A stretch of 63,277 nt of DNA, counting the filler, from Stramenopiles sp. TOSAG23-2 (taxonomy: Eukaryota), in assembly GCA_900128395.1 (NCBI GenBank). It is 42 parts of 42 records of this genome, joined end to end, with 100 filler letters (N's around TTAATTAATTAA, not from the genome) between each part and the next. Parts side by side here need not be neighbours in the genome. Positions count along the whole stretch, not along the records: positions 36,321 to 37,727 come from LT652968.1; positions 37,828 to 39,234 come from LT652969.1; positions 39,335 to 40,740 come from LT652970.1; positions 40,841 to 42,245 come from LT652971.1; positions 42,346 to 43,750 come from LT652972.1; positions 43,851 to 45,255 come from LT652973.1; positions 45,356 to 46,760 come from LT652974.1; positions 46,861 to 48,264 come from LT652975.1; 34 more parts are not named here. One strand, 5' to 3'. Below the pieces are notes generated by a model. It did not search any database. It was not told the DNA's origin and saw nothing but the letters and a program-made list of their open reading frames with translations. Below, in pieces: positions 36,323-48,715 of the stretch; the stretch's first letter is position 1; the number at the start of each line of letters is the position of its first letter. Position numbers and translations under genes: made by a program.

Positions 36323-37720
36323 GCCAAAGATGAACAACAAAATACATTTTGTATTGTTGGTACAATACCAGTATCAATTGATGATCCAACACCTTCGTCT
36401 GTACCAACAAATCAGTTGTTAAGCAATGCTGAAAAAATAGCAGCATCGCTGTGTGGAGGAATTCAAGTTGTTGGTATATATGTATTTGTGCGTGCGACTG
36501 GTAGAGATTCAAGTTTATTATCTAACTTGGAAAGCTCATTGAATTCATTTCCTTCCAATAATAACAACAACAAGATAGCAAATAATAAAATTGCTTTACA
36601 ACTTACATCCAACCATGCATCTGCAAGGATTTTAAATAATACTGGTGGAGCAGGGCGGCAAGCTGACATAAAATTTACCTCATTACAGGAGCAATATGTA
36701 TTTTTACAATCAAGTTTATCATTAAATATACAATTATACGGTAATAGTAATGATTCATTAGCAAATTTATATGATGAAAATACATTATTTCACAAATTTA
36801 AAAATAATATGATAATTCAAGTTGATAATAAATATATGCCAAGTGATATAGCAACAAATATTCCAATTGGGCATTTGCCATATAGAGACATACATAATGT
36901 TAAATTTTATCCGGAAAGCGATGTTATAGTTGGTTCAAATAAGAACAACAACAAGCAGAAAAATAATACCTTGGTCCATTTTAAAGGTACATTTCACTTT
37001 AAAGCATATGTACATGAAAAGAATTCGACGAAAACAGGACTTGAACTTTTATTAAATGATTTGAAATTTTCAATTAAAAAACGGTTTGAAATGTGTTCTG
37101 TGCCAGAAAAAGATAGTAACAATGGTATTATTGAATATGTACCAATACGATATGAAGTTACATCATCATCCACTGTATTATCAAAATGTTTTTTAAACTA
37201 TTTTATATTATCAAAAGATAATGATGTGATGGATGCTGTTGATGATGTAAAAACGGAATTAGCTCAGATTGGTATACTTGCAAAGGAAGTGATTACAAAT
37301 GAGAGTGTTTCTATACGTAATATCCTAGGTATAAATATTTTAAGAAAATGTAAAGATGGGAAACAACGTGAAATTTTTATTAAGAAAGATGGGATCTTAA
37401 ATAAAAAGAATGGAAACGTAGGTGGAGATGTTAATGTAAATTTAAATGTTGAAAATGAAATGGAATTTGAAATAGAAGATGTTACACCAAAATTAGAAGA
37501 AAAAGAGGTGACGACAAAAGAAGAAGAAGAGGAGGAGGATAGAGATCGTGATGTTGTCAATAGTAGCAATAATGCTACCAATGTTGCAACTACAGGCACA
37601 GTAAATGGAAAAAGTAATGAAATCACAAAAAATGGTAACATGCCCTTGATATTTGTAGGTGTAGGTTTATTGGTTTTGTTATTAGCTATTGCACTAATGT
37701 TTATGAAACCTACGAAGTAA
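36323..37720 (+). CDS. ODR4: ODR-4-like tail-anchored ER protein, 5'-truncated
   Basis: AEKIAASLCGGIQVVGIYV, FKAYVHEK..LNDLKFSIKKR, C-terminal TM. Confidence 0.65.
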   Translation, partial: AKDEQQNTFCIVGTIPVSIDDPTPSSVPTNQLLSNAEKIAASLCGGIQVVGIYVFVRATGRDSSLLSNLESSLNSFPSNNNNNKIANNKIALQLTSNHASARILNNTGGAGRQADIKFTSLQEQYVFLQSSLSLNIQLYGNSNDSLANLYDENTLFHKFKNNMIIQVDNKYMPSDIATNIPIGHLPYRDIHNVKFYPESDVIVGSNKNNNKQKNNTLVHFKGTFHFKAYVHEKNSTKTGLELLLNDLKFSIKKRFEMCSVPEKDSNNGIIEYVPIRYEVTSSSTVLSKCFLNYFILSKDNDVMDAVDDVKTELAQIGILAKEVITNESVSIRNILGINILRKCKDGKQREIFIKKDGILNKKNGNVGGDVNVNLNVENEMEFEIEDVTPKLEEKEVTTKEEEEEEDRDRDVVNSSNNATNVATTGTVNGKSNEITKNGNMPLIFVGVGLLVLLLAIALMFMKPTK

Positions 37721-37829
37721 AGAAAAANNNNNNNNNNNNNNNNNNNNNNNNNNNNNNNNNNNNNNNNNNNNTTAATTAATTAANNNNNNNNNNNNNNNNN
37801 NNNNNNNNNNNNNNNNNNNNNNNNNNNTG

Positions 37830-39234
37830 CATTTACGATTACATGAAGTACTACCTGAATTAGTTAATCTTAAAACAAACGTAAATACATTACAAAACAA
37901 TTTGAAAAATGCACAAGATATACCAAATTTTAATGAAATTGGTAGGATAAAACCATTGCTCAAACAAGAAAAACAAACATTAAAACGTAAGTTGCAAGAA
38001 GCTGGAGATGCGTATGCATTTTTTGAAGATGCTACAAAACTTCAAAGTAAGATTGAGAAATTGTTAGATCGTGCAGCACGAAATGCAAATGCCGAAGCAG
38101 GTGTAATATTGCAAGCCTTGTTTAATCGTGTTGAAATTGTTATTACTGAATTAAAAAACCGAGATGATTGTAATTTTTTAATTTATAAATTTAAATTTGG
38201 AGAAGATACATGGGAGTTGTATAAATACTTTTGTGATGGTAGATTTACGTCAAAAAGTGAAATGATGAAAGCACGACTACGATGTGGTGGTTTTATTACA
38301 CGTGCGGATTATATAGCATTATTTCAACAAGTGGTTAAATGGCAACAAATACGTACAAACGCATTGGCACGCGGTAATATCCTCGCCCGATATGGTGGTA
38401 ATAATCTTGAAGAAGAAGTTAAAACGTTAGAGACAAATGTTGGAAATTTAAGTAATGTGCATTTACGATTACATGAAGTACTACCTGAATTAATTAATCT
38501 TAAAACAAACGTGAATACGTTACAAAATAATTTTAAAAATGCACAAAATCAACATAATTTTAATGAAATTGGTAGGATGAAACCATTGCTTGAACAAGAA
38601 AAACAAACATTAAAACGTAGAATACAAGAAATGGGAGATGCGTATGTGGTATTTTTAGATGCTACAAAACTTCAAAGTAAGATTAAGAAATTGTTAGATC
38701 GTGCAGCACAAGATGCAAATATTTTAGAAGGTAATCTTTTACAAGCCTTGTTTAATCGTGTTGAAATTGTTATTACTCAATTAAAAAAACGAGATGATTG
38801 TAATTTTTTGATTTATAAATTTAAATTTGGAGAAGATACATGGGAGTTGTATAAATACTTTCGTGATGGCAATTTTACGTCAAAAAGTGAAATGATGAAA
38901 GCACGATATGGTTGTAATACCCTTGAAGTTGAAGAAGAAGTTCAAACGTTAGAGACAAATGTTGGGACGTTAAGTGACGTGCATTTACGATTACATGAAG
39001 TACTACCTCAATTAATTATTCTTCAAATAAGCGTGAATACATTACAAAATAAATTGAAAAATGCACAAAATCAACATAATTTTAATGAAATTGGTAGGAT
39101 AAAACCATTGCTTAAACAAGAAAAACAAACATTAAAACGTAGAATACAAGAAATGGGAAATGCGTATGTGGTATTTTTAGATGCTACAAAACTTCAAAGT
39201 AAGATTAAGAAATTGTTAGATCGTGCAGCACGAA
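37830..39234 (+). CDS. Protein built of long near-identical tandem units (210 aa and 174 aa), helical with UVR-like motifs
   Basis: Nucleotide repeats start at 37828, 38458 and 38980 (periods 630 and 522 bp). Confidence 0.85.
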
Positions 39235-39334
39235 NNNNNNNNNNNNNNNNNNNNNNNNNNNNNNNNNNNNNNNNNNNNTTAATTAATTAANNNNNNNNNN
39301 NNNNNNNNNNNNNNNNNNNNNNNNNNNNNNNNNN

Positions 39335-39611
39335 CTGCTAAACTACCAGCAATGGAACCTGCAACGACACCATCTCTAACAGTATGATCAGTTGTTGTTG
39401 TATGATTTATATTGTTATTATTACTATTATTATTATTTTCATTGGATGAATTATTATTATCATTGTTTACATCATTTTCATTTGCTTTTGCAATTACTTT
39501 TTTATTATTACCACGCCTAGCTTTTCTTGTCGATACACGTCTACGTAGTTGTACACCATCTTCAATGGTAAAACCTATTCGTTTTTTTCTTGGTTGATTT
39601 GGATTTTCCAT
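39335..39611 (-). CDS. Probable mitochondrial carrier N-terminus
   Basis: Low-complexity leader then VVAGSIAGSLA (first carrier helix). Confidence 0.55.
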
Positions 39612-40175
39612 TTTTCTTTGTTGGTTCTCTATTTATGTAAAATAAATGACACTGTCTCTAGATATGCTTTTTTGTAAACATACCTATGTCTCTTGTTGTT
39701 ATATGTTACATCAATTCTCTATCTTCATCAATCAATATCAATTATTAATTCTAATAATACAAATGTAAAACAACTTATATTATTATTCATCAACAAACAA
39801 CTGCCACCACACAGGCAACTACGGTGGAAATATGAGCTATTAGAATACTATACACCAGGGACGTGTCAATTAAGGTATAATAAATGGGCACAGTGGTGGT
39901 GGTGTCGTGTTCACAATAATATAAAAGTGAGATAAGGTGCTAAAATTTCTCTCACCAAAAAAGAAGGGGGGCGGATATATATATCTCATACAAATACATT
40001 TATCAAATTGCAATTGACGACAATCAACTACAAAACATAAATAATAGAACGCATATATCAATATCAATTAGATTATAATCGTATACGTTATCATAATAGA
40101 GATTTGCAGAGTACGTAGCAGAGAATTAAGAAATAATATAGGCCATAATATAAGGAAAAATAAAAGGTACAGATA

Positions 40176-40740
40176 ATGATGATTTATATATCGATGATGA
40201 TGATATTTTTGACAACTGTATCAAACGTATTAGGACAACGTGGTGTGCCAACATGGATGAGACCACCTGGTGAGCAAAGTAAAATGTTTGGCTCAACATT
40301 AGGAAATCCATTAGGTGGTAAAGGTTCTGCAATATTGTCGACAAAGGGCAGTGATGTTATGTCACCAGTTCCATTGCCATCAACATTGTTTGGTTTACAT
40401 GCTACGGATCAAACAACAGCGGAAAGTCCTTTTGCTGGACCAACGCAATATGCATTTGGAGCTCCGCATGAAATGAGAATGAAAGATCCATATCCAACAC
40501 CGCATCAACCAACTGCATGGGGATTAACTAGTAACAGTGCAAACAATCCAATGTATTCCCCACCAGCGTCTGAACTTGGTACTGCACCACCAGCTAATCC
40601 AGTTATCAGTGATGTCAATGAATATTCAATGCCATCAATGTTCCTAGAATTACAAAGAAGAAATTATCGTAATCGTAATACTCGTGAAATACCAGAATTC
40701 ATGCAACGTCCTGAAAATCCAAATTTAATGGGACAAGAAC
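40176..40740 (+). CDS. Secreted Pro-rich protein, N-terminal part
   Basis: Signal peptide; P/G/S-rich; SMFLEL motif. Confidence 0.7.
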
Positions 40741-40840
40741 NNNNNNNNNNNNNNNNNNNNNNNNNNNNNNNNNNNNNNNNNNNNTTAATTAATTAANNNN
40801 NNNNNNNNNNNNNNNNNNNNNNNNNNNNNNNNNNNNNNNN

Positions 40841-41103
40841 AAACAACCCAGTGGAAATTCGCTATCGTGATGTCTGATATGCCAACGCAATAGCAAACCA
40901 TTCGATATGAGCAAAAATGCTTTGTAATCATTAGGCAATTGGTATGGCGCATTATCCTGCTCCCAAGCCGTTATTTCAGCCAATGTAATCCCACGCCGCT
41001 CCACAAAATCAACTGACGCTACACCCTCATGATTTTCTAAAAAATTAATAACACTAAGGCTGATATCATCAAAAATCTCTCGTATACTTGCGTTACTTGA
41101 CAT
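40841..41103 (-). CDS. TPGS2: Tubulin polyglutamylase complex subunit 2 (SMI1/KNR4 fold), N-terminus
   Basis: FDDISLSVINFLENHEGV..EITAWEQDNAPYQLPNDYKAFLLISNGLLLRW. Confidence 0.8.
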
Positions 41104-41899
41104 CGAAGTCGTTATTATAGATTAAAAAGATGAAATTTTCATGCATATATATGTACTGGACAAATATAGGAAACAATTTGTCAAAAAACTTTATTGTATA
41201 GCACTATATATATATTTTTATTTTCAATATATAAAATAATTCAAAAAATCCTATATTAATTATAGTCCAGTATTAGTGCAGTATGCAGTAGTCAAATAAT
41301 CATAGCTAATTATTTTTCACTACGCATCTATATAGGTAAATGTGCAAATCACTCTATACTACTGTGTGGATCGTGCTATCTATTGTACCAAGGGTCCTCC
41401 GGACGGACGAGACAACGTGCGGGAACAGAGTTTATAAAATTAAAATCATAAAATATATTTAACCTTAATTACGGGAAATAAATACATTTTACTTGGTATT
41501 TATTTTACGATACTAATACTGCCTTTTGGACTGATGCTCGACCGTTATCCTGGTAAGTTAAAGTAGTATTTTTTTGCCACCGACAAGTACATAATATAAA
41601 AATTATACTGCACTAATCGTAGCTTAAAATAATGATAATAGCACCAACAATAATACCTATTAATAATAATAGTAGTAGTAATAATAATAAATAATAAATA
41701 TAATATTATATATTATTATACAAAAGCAAGAAAATAGAAAAAAATATTTTGAAACCATTATACCACACCGGTGGTATCTGACAGTTATAAGAATTAAATC
41801 TATCATATATTCATCCATCTGTCAATCAAGTTGGCTTATTAAATTTCTTAAGTTGAAACAAGTAAGTACTAAACCGATCTCTTTATATATTTTCGATAC

Positions 41900-42245
41900 A
41901 ACTATATATACAAGATTTTCTTTAATGTTGAAAACATGCAAATATTCAGTGGCATATACTGGTGAATTGCAGGAAAAAACACTATTGCGGGAAGGTCAAG
42001 GTACATATCGTTACAAAAACTCTTAACTATATATATATCTAACAAGATTTTCTTTTTATGTTGAAAACATGCAAATATTCAGTGGCATATACTGGTGAAT
42101 TGCAGGAAAAAACACTATTGCGGGAAGGTCAAGGTACATATCGTTACAAAAACTCTTAACTATATATATATCTAACAAGATTTTCTTTTTATGTTGAAAA
42201 CATGCAAATATTCAGTGGCATATACTGGTGAATTGCAGGAAAAAA
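41900..42245 (+). repeat. 133-bp tandem repeat (2.5 copies) containing the 5' end of a MORN1-like gene
   Basis: ATGs at 41925, 42058 and 42191; unit encodes MLKTCKYSVAYTGELQEKTLLREGQGTYRYKNS*. Confidence 0.85.
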
Positions 42246-42345
42246 NNNNNNNNNNNNNNNNNNNNNNNNNNNNNNNNNNNNNNNNNNNNTTAATTAATTA
42301 ANNNNNNNNNNNNNNNNNNNNNNNNNNNNNNNNNNNNNNNNNNNN

Positions 42346-43750
42346 GAAGGACTTCATCGATACGCAGAGTTGTACCACAAACGCGCTTTGTGTCATCGCG
42401 CCCTTGGCGATTATGAAGACGGATTGTCCGATGCCGAAAAATCGTGTTCGTTTCGAAGGCTCTGGGTTGATCCGTTTTTAACATGCGGAGATATTTTAGA
42501 AAGATTGGAACGGTGGAGTGCGGCCCTCAAGATCTACAGAGAATCACCGATAAGAGATGCAAATGTAGACGTAAAAATAAAAGTAGACGAAGGAATCACC
42601 AGATGCGAAGAGAGAATGAGGAGTTCGTCGTCGATGTGGGTTGTTGAAAACGCTCACGAAGGAGGCGTCAAACGCATCGCGGTAAAATCTATATCGATGG
42701 GAAGAAAAGATAACCACATCATTTCGAATACGAGTGTAGCTTTTTCATCAGAGTTTATGTACCTGATTGCAACGTGCGGCAGAGATAAGTTTGTGAACGT
42801 CTGGTCTGCAGATGGCGAAAAGATTGCGAGATTAAAATGTTCAGAAGATGTTGTCGATATACGATGGAGCGATCCGAAAGCATCGGACGACGATATCGAC
42901 GCAGACGAGGATGCAGATACTCGCGACGATGACAATTATGTATACGAAAATCCAGATACACCCACACTCGCAATTATTGGACGCAATAACACTATCATAA
43001 TTTGGAAAAATATGGTCCGCGAAATAAGAAGTGGTGACGAACAAGTATTTCACTTAAGCAGCTTTCACGATGAAAAAGCAACCATCACCGCGTGTGCGTT
43101 CTCACCAATTTTGTTTTCACATCGTCTCGCAACTGCAGATTCAGATGGCAAAATAGCAGTTTGGGATGTTCAAACTGGATCCTTAGAATGCGTGACAAAG
43201 TATCATCACTGTGATGCTGTCAATGAAATCGCATGGCACCCGCAAACTGGTGCATCTCTGACGACGGTGTCAAACGATGGTGACGGACGCGTCTTCGATA
43301 TCAACGGAGACGTCAAAGATCCTGGAAGTTGTTTACACACGCTGCGATGGATGACAAAGCAAATGACACACGTGACGTACACAAATTGCGGACGTCTTAT
43401 TTTGACAGCCACGTGCGATAGTTACGCGAATAGTGGTCGTGGTGCATATCGCATTCTCGTTTGGTCGTCCGTGAGCGGGCGCTTGTGTAAATGGTACGAC
43501 GATCATTCCAGTAAGATCACTTCACTTTCGTGGCATCCTAATCCCGGAACGAGGAATATATTAATAACTGGTGCTTTAGATGGTGTTTTGAGATGTTTTT
43601 CAATCAGAGCATCGCCGAGCGGAGCAGGAAAATCGCTCGTTCAACAGGACGAAAAATCTGGTGATATTTTAAAATTTGCGGGTGAAAAATGGACGCGCAC
43701 GACTGTGGCACATAATTGCGTCAAGCATAACGAATATGGAGGGTTTGTAG
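42346..43750 (+). CDS. TPR + WD40-repeat protein (internal fragment; higher GC)
   Basis: YHKRALCHRALGDYEDGLSDA TPR; ATCGRDKFVNVW, ATADSDGKIAVWD and ITGALDG WD40 blades. Confidence 0.9.
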
Positions 43751-44710
43751 NNNNNNNNNNNNNNNNNNNNNNNNNNNNNNNNNNNNNNNNNNNNTTAATT
43801 AATTAANNNNNNNNNNNNNNNNNNNNNNNNNNNNNNNNNNNNNNNNNNNNAATAATATTTTTGTTGTTGCGTTTATTTGTATTAGATATATGAATTGTAT
43901 ATATAGATGTCTATATGTATATGCATCTATCTATCTATTTTTTTCTTTTTTGATCTAATAATAAAATATATATATTGTTTTACCATACTATTTAGATGCT
44001 AATTTGGAACTTTTGGTATTGGCTTTGGATTTTTCCAAATGATGTACCTTCCAGAATTGGTGGTGTGGGGAGCGCCATTCAGAAATAAGATAAACACAGC
44101 AGGGTAATTAAAATATGTTGCCTGTATTTGTACTTATTAGTAGAGTACATAAAAAAAGATTGCTAGGAACAACTGTCTAATATGGAAATAGCATCGGATT
44201 AGGCAGTGTCATGGATAATGGAATCGATTTAAAACTCCATAATATATACGAATAGCATAGCGAGGAGCTAATATGTAGTATTAGCCGCCTAAGTATTTTA
44301 GCGTAAAAGATGAAAACTGTGTTTAGAGAGTGAGTGCTATCGTGCTACTGTATCCAGGCCCGAGGCAGTCTATCCTATCCAGGCTATCCACCCCCTGAGC
44401 TGAGCCGAGCGCACGAGCCGAGACCACAACAGGAAGACGCAGCACTACAAGTACACAATAACATTGCCACAGCACAAGTCGAGCCAATCACAACACTACA
44501 CAGCACTAGCCCCACAAAGATAGTCGTCAAACATTCACAAAAAAAGGAAGTCGAATAACCAGATTGGCAAAAAAGAGGGGCCGGCGAGAAAGCACAAAAT
44601 TTACAATACCTGGAATACAAATACAAATACAAACTAGAAAACATAACGTCAAACAGATTATTTTCATAGAATATACAGTGTGTCATTCACTCACTCAGTC
44701 AGTCATATAG

Positions 44711-45255
44711 ATGATGACAGTAAACATGAACTGCATGTATATATGTATATTATGCATATTAGCATGTTTAATAATACAACCAACAGTTGCAAATACAAAT
44801 CAAGATTTGCCTACTGGAAAATCGGCTGATATTATGAAACGAATGTTTGGGGAAGTACGTCCGTATAGTTTTCAAAAGAAAGCCGATGTAGTAGAAACAA
44901 AAGTGGAGAAAGAAGTTGTTGCTGAGACTAATAAGTTAAAAGATGCTGTTCAGAAAGTGGAAGATAGTGATAATGTTCCGCATAACAGTAATAGTTTAGT
45001 ACCACCTTCCACCAGTACCACCACCACATCTAAAACAACAGCAAGTGATGTGGTGGAACAAAGTGATAATAAAAAAGAAATGGCAACATCTACCTCCTCC
45101 TCTTCCTCCTCCTCCTCCTCATCATCATCATCAAAAACAACATCAACAAACAAAGCTACGACCCCATCAAAGAAAATATCTCTTAATGATGCAGATAAAC
45201 TATTTGATTCAGTATGGGCAACAAAATCAAAAAAGGCTACCCCCTCACAAAAGCC
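44711..45255 (+). CDS. Secreted Ser/Thr-rich protein, N-terminal part
   Basis: Signal peptide then S/T tracts. Confidence 0.65.
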
Positions 45256-45355
45256 NNNNNNNNNNNNNNNNNNNNNNNNNNNNNNNNNNNNNNNNNNNNT
45301 TAATTAATTAANNNNNNNNNNNNNNNNNNNNNNNNNNNNNNNNNNNNNNNNNNNN

Positions 45356-46760
45356 ATTTTAAAATTTGGATGAAATTCAATTACAGGCATGGAAGAAACA
45401 ATATTTTGCTCATTCAATTCCTTGATTTTTTCCGGCGATAATAACTGTCGACCATCACTTAGCACCATTTGGCCATCTTCAATCAAGCTTTTCAATATGC
45501 ATACCACTTCCGTCGGCGCTTTATCAGCCTCATCAACAATTAATACATGTCCATTTTCTACCGCTTTCACAAGGGGAGAATCTTCGTATTTAACGACACC
45601 TTCTTCGATTGTTGGTACTGTTGTTAAACTTTGAATAGAAGTGTCACGATGAAGTTGCATATATTCCCTTGGCCATTGCAACAGATGAAGCAATCGATCC
45701 ACTAACTTGTTTTTTTCCTGTACCTTGATTGCCGATTAATAAAAGCCATCGTTCATCGTGCTTTAAGTCTCTTGCCATACTTTCAAGGTACGAAACATGT
45801 GCAGGGATATCAAAAAATAATGGATTTGGAATCAAATGTGNNNNNNNNNNNNNNNNNNNNGAAATTTTCTTTCATCATTTATCTTCATCTCCGTTGAGCC
45901 TATTCTTAGATTGTTTGTTCCCGTTTCCACTATTATATGCTTTTTTTCATTGATATTATCAAAGCTTTTAATATTGTCCTTAGTGACGGATGATTCTGGT
46001 AAAAATCCATTTTCAATTAAGATACTTGTGATGGCATCACGATGCATAGCAGGCATAAATTTTGTTAATAAATTCCTTTGAATCAAATCACCCACTTCAA
46101 AATCGCTAAGTCCATATGAGCTTTGCCATATTCGCTTCAATTGTCGCAATGACATGGAAGTATCTTTACCATCTCCACTTATTGCATTTTCAGCAACTAT
46201 CATATTGGACTCGCCTTTAGCATCATATATAGTTTCTAATTTCTCTGAAACGCGGACTAGTTTTAACATACGTTCCGTGTCATATGATGTACCTTTCATA
46301 TTACTAATATTTTCTAAAATATGTGTAACGCTTTTATTTGAAGGTTTCGATAAATGTACAAAATTAAACATGGTTAAAATTTCAGCACTCATCCAATCTT
46401 CACTTCCATTTCCATTATCACGCGAAGAAGGATTTCCAAGTGCAATTATTCTAAACGATGGATGAACTCTTAAAATATCATCGCCAGAACGATCAAAAAC
46501 AGTAGTATTAGACGACCCAACACCATCACTATTTGCTTCAAATTTATTGCCCCCCACCGCCTGAATATTGTCAAAACGATCATGACGCAACAAGCGGCGA
46601 CCATCTGCTAAATCAATTTCTCTATGAGTTACCAAGGAATGCAGAACTGCAAGAGTATCAGATTCCAAACGATGTATACCATCAAGTATTACAATTTCAC
46701 CATTTAATGCACCCTTTAGCAAAGGTGACATTTCCCAAATTGTACTACCATTGTCATCCG
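45356..46760 (-). CDS. VWA8: VWA8-like AAA+ ATPase fragment with gap and +1 homopolymer frameshift at ~45710
   Basis: SPLLKGALNGEIVILDGIHRL, RVHPSFRIIAL, LLLIGNQGTGK, REYMQLHRDT, VDEADKAP. Confidence 0.9.
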
Positions 46761-47355
46761 NNNNNNNNNNNNNNNNNNNNNNNNNNNNNNNNNNNNNNNN
46801 NNNNTTAATTAATTAANNNNNNNNNNNNNNNNNNNNNNNNNNNNNNNNNNNNNNNNNNNNTGAATATATATAGCAACTACTACGTAAATAAAAGAATGAT
46901 GAATATAGAGTGACTCCTATCGAATAGATAGAACCGGATAGAATAGACAGAGAACAAACAGGGTATATATATGTGGATAGAACAGACAATATATATTAAT
47001 AAATTCATCAAATATTATGTGGTTAAGGTGGAAGTGGACGTACGATACCATTAAACAACATAGGAATACCAGGTACTACAATAAATAGAAAATTATTCCC
47101 ATTTGTCCAATTTTGACACTGACATAGGGATTATAGGATATTATTATTATTTTTTTTATCGGATATTATTTTTAAATTTTTTATTATTTACACAACTTTT
47201 GAAGTTTTCATTTTTTATTTTGTTTTGTATATTTTGATGATTCCTGTTCCATCTTTCTGTTCTTTTAATCGAATCATTCTTTATTTTGGCAATATGTTAC
47301 TGATATAATAACATCTATATTAATCTATGACTGTATTTTTTTTTTCATTTTGGTT

Positions 47356-47778
47356 TTAAACAACAGTAACGTTTAATACAACTGTGTTTTCACTTAAATT
47401 CTTACCTTCCCATACTCTATAACACTCGAAAATTAAACGATCATGTTGACCTGCTGCAGAAGCTTTTACGCCAGTAAAATTAAATACAAAATTATCAGTT
47501 AAACGACCTTCTTTCTTTGGGTTCTTCTCCTGCTTAACCCCGCTGAGTTTAACAGTGGTTGCTACTGATGCGTCCGTATCAAAATACCAATTGTAAGCCG
47601 TCATATGGAATTGGGAACGAAAACCTAGTTCTAAAGTCTCGCTCACTTTTATTGCAATTTTTTTTTCCTCAAATCCAGGTGGACCATCATCAAAATGTTC
47701 ATATTGATATGCTTCCCCAGTAAAGGTAATAATAGCAATTGTTGCTGCAATAATAAATATTATTGTTTTATAATTCAT
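47356..47778 (-). CDS. Secreted chagasin/I42-like cysteine-protease-inhibitor fold protein
   Basis: Signal peptide; IKVSETLEL..TAYNW..FNFTGVKA..YRVWE resemble I42 TGYxW and RPWE motifs. Confidence 0.6.
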   Translation of the reverse strand: MNYKTIIFIIAATIAIITFTGEAYQYEHFDDGPPGFEEKKIAIKVSETLELGFRSQFHMTAYNWYFDTDASVATTVKLSGVKQEKNPKKEGRLTDNFVFNFTGVKASAAGQHDRLIFECYRVWEGKNLSENTVVLNVTVV

Positions 47779-48429
47779 GGTTCTTTTCGTTGTTCTTAAT
47801 TTTTCTTTCTTTCTTTTGTTAAAAAAAAATAAAATATGAGACGTATATATCTATATCTCCTTCATTTTCTTTTATTTATTTCTTTATGTAGTAAAAATAA
47901 TAAAATAAAAAGGTTGAAGTTGTTTTTATTATATTTTAGTGATGATGTGTGTAATGGTATGATCATCCTAATAAATTGTCCAAATCCCGGAATATAGGAA
48001 GAAACGGAAGAAAAGAAGAAGTAAGTCTGTCGTCTACTAATAATACAGTAAGTAGTAAGTTACAGTTTTTAAGGTTGGAGTTGAGAGTTGAGTGAAATTT
48101 AGAGTTCTTTGTTCCTCGGATATTTTTCATTGAAAAACTCGGTCTGGAATTGTAATTTTTTAAATATATTATCCCACCTTAACCTGGTAAACAATTAATT
48201 GGACTTTTTTTCATCAGCACATCAGCGCATCATCATCACAATACCTGGTAAGCCATAGTATCGANNNNNNNNNNNNNNNNNNNNNNNNNNNNNNNNNNNN
48301 NNNNNNNNTTAATTAATTAANNNNNNNNNNNNNNNNNNNNNNNNNNNNNNNNNNNNNNNNNNNNTATTATAAAAATTTAATAACATATTTGAACAAAATG
48401 TATCTACATATATGATATATATATAATGA

Positions 48430-48650
48430 TATTATTCTTGCGATTGAGTATTGAGCATATATTACTTAGCACGAGAAGTGTAGAATTTTTATATAACACT
48501 ACGATAAAATACAAATTATATAATATAATGCATTAGAGATTTACTTTAATATAGTAGAGATATAGAATATTATTCTTGAGATTGTGAGTATTGAGCATAT
48601 TAATTAGCACGGGAAGTAAAAATATTATATAACTTGTATAGATTTTAACC
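48430..48650 (+). repeat. Dispersed repeat family A, two diverged tandem copies
   Basis: Similar to 34292-34402. Confidence 0.85.
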
Positions 48651-48715
48651 TTCATTTTAATATAATGAACTAAGTACAGCTGTGTATACCATGGTATCAT
48701 TACTGTTTTATAATT

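Noticed and set aside
45700-45720. Programmed frameshift or pseudogene in VWA8
   Set aside because: One extra A in a homopolymer of an otherwise conserved gene; most likely a sequencing or amplification error
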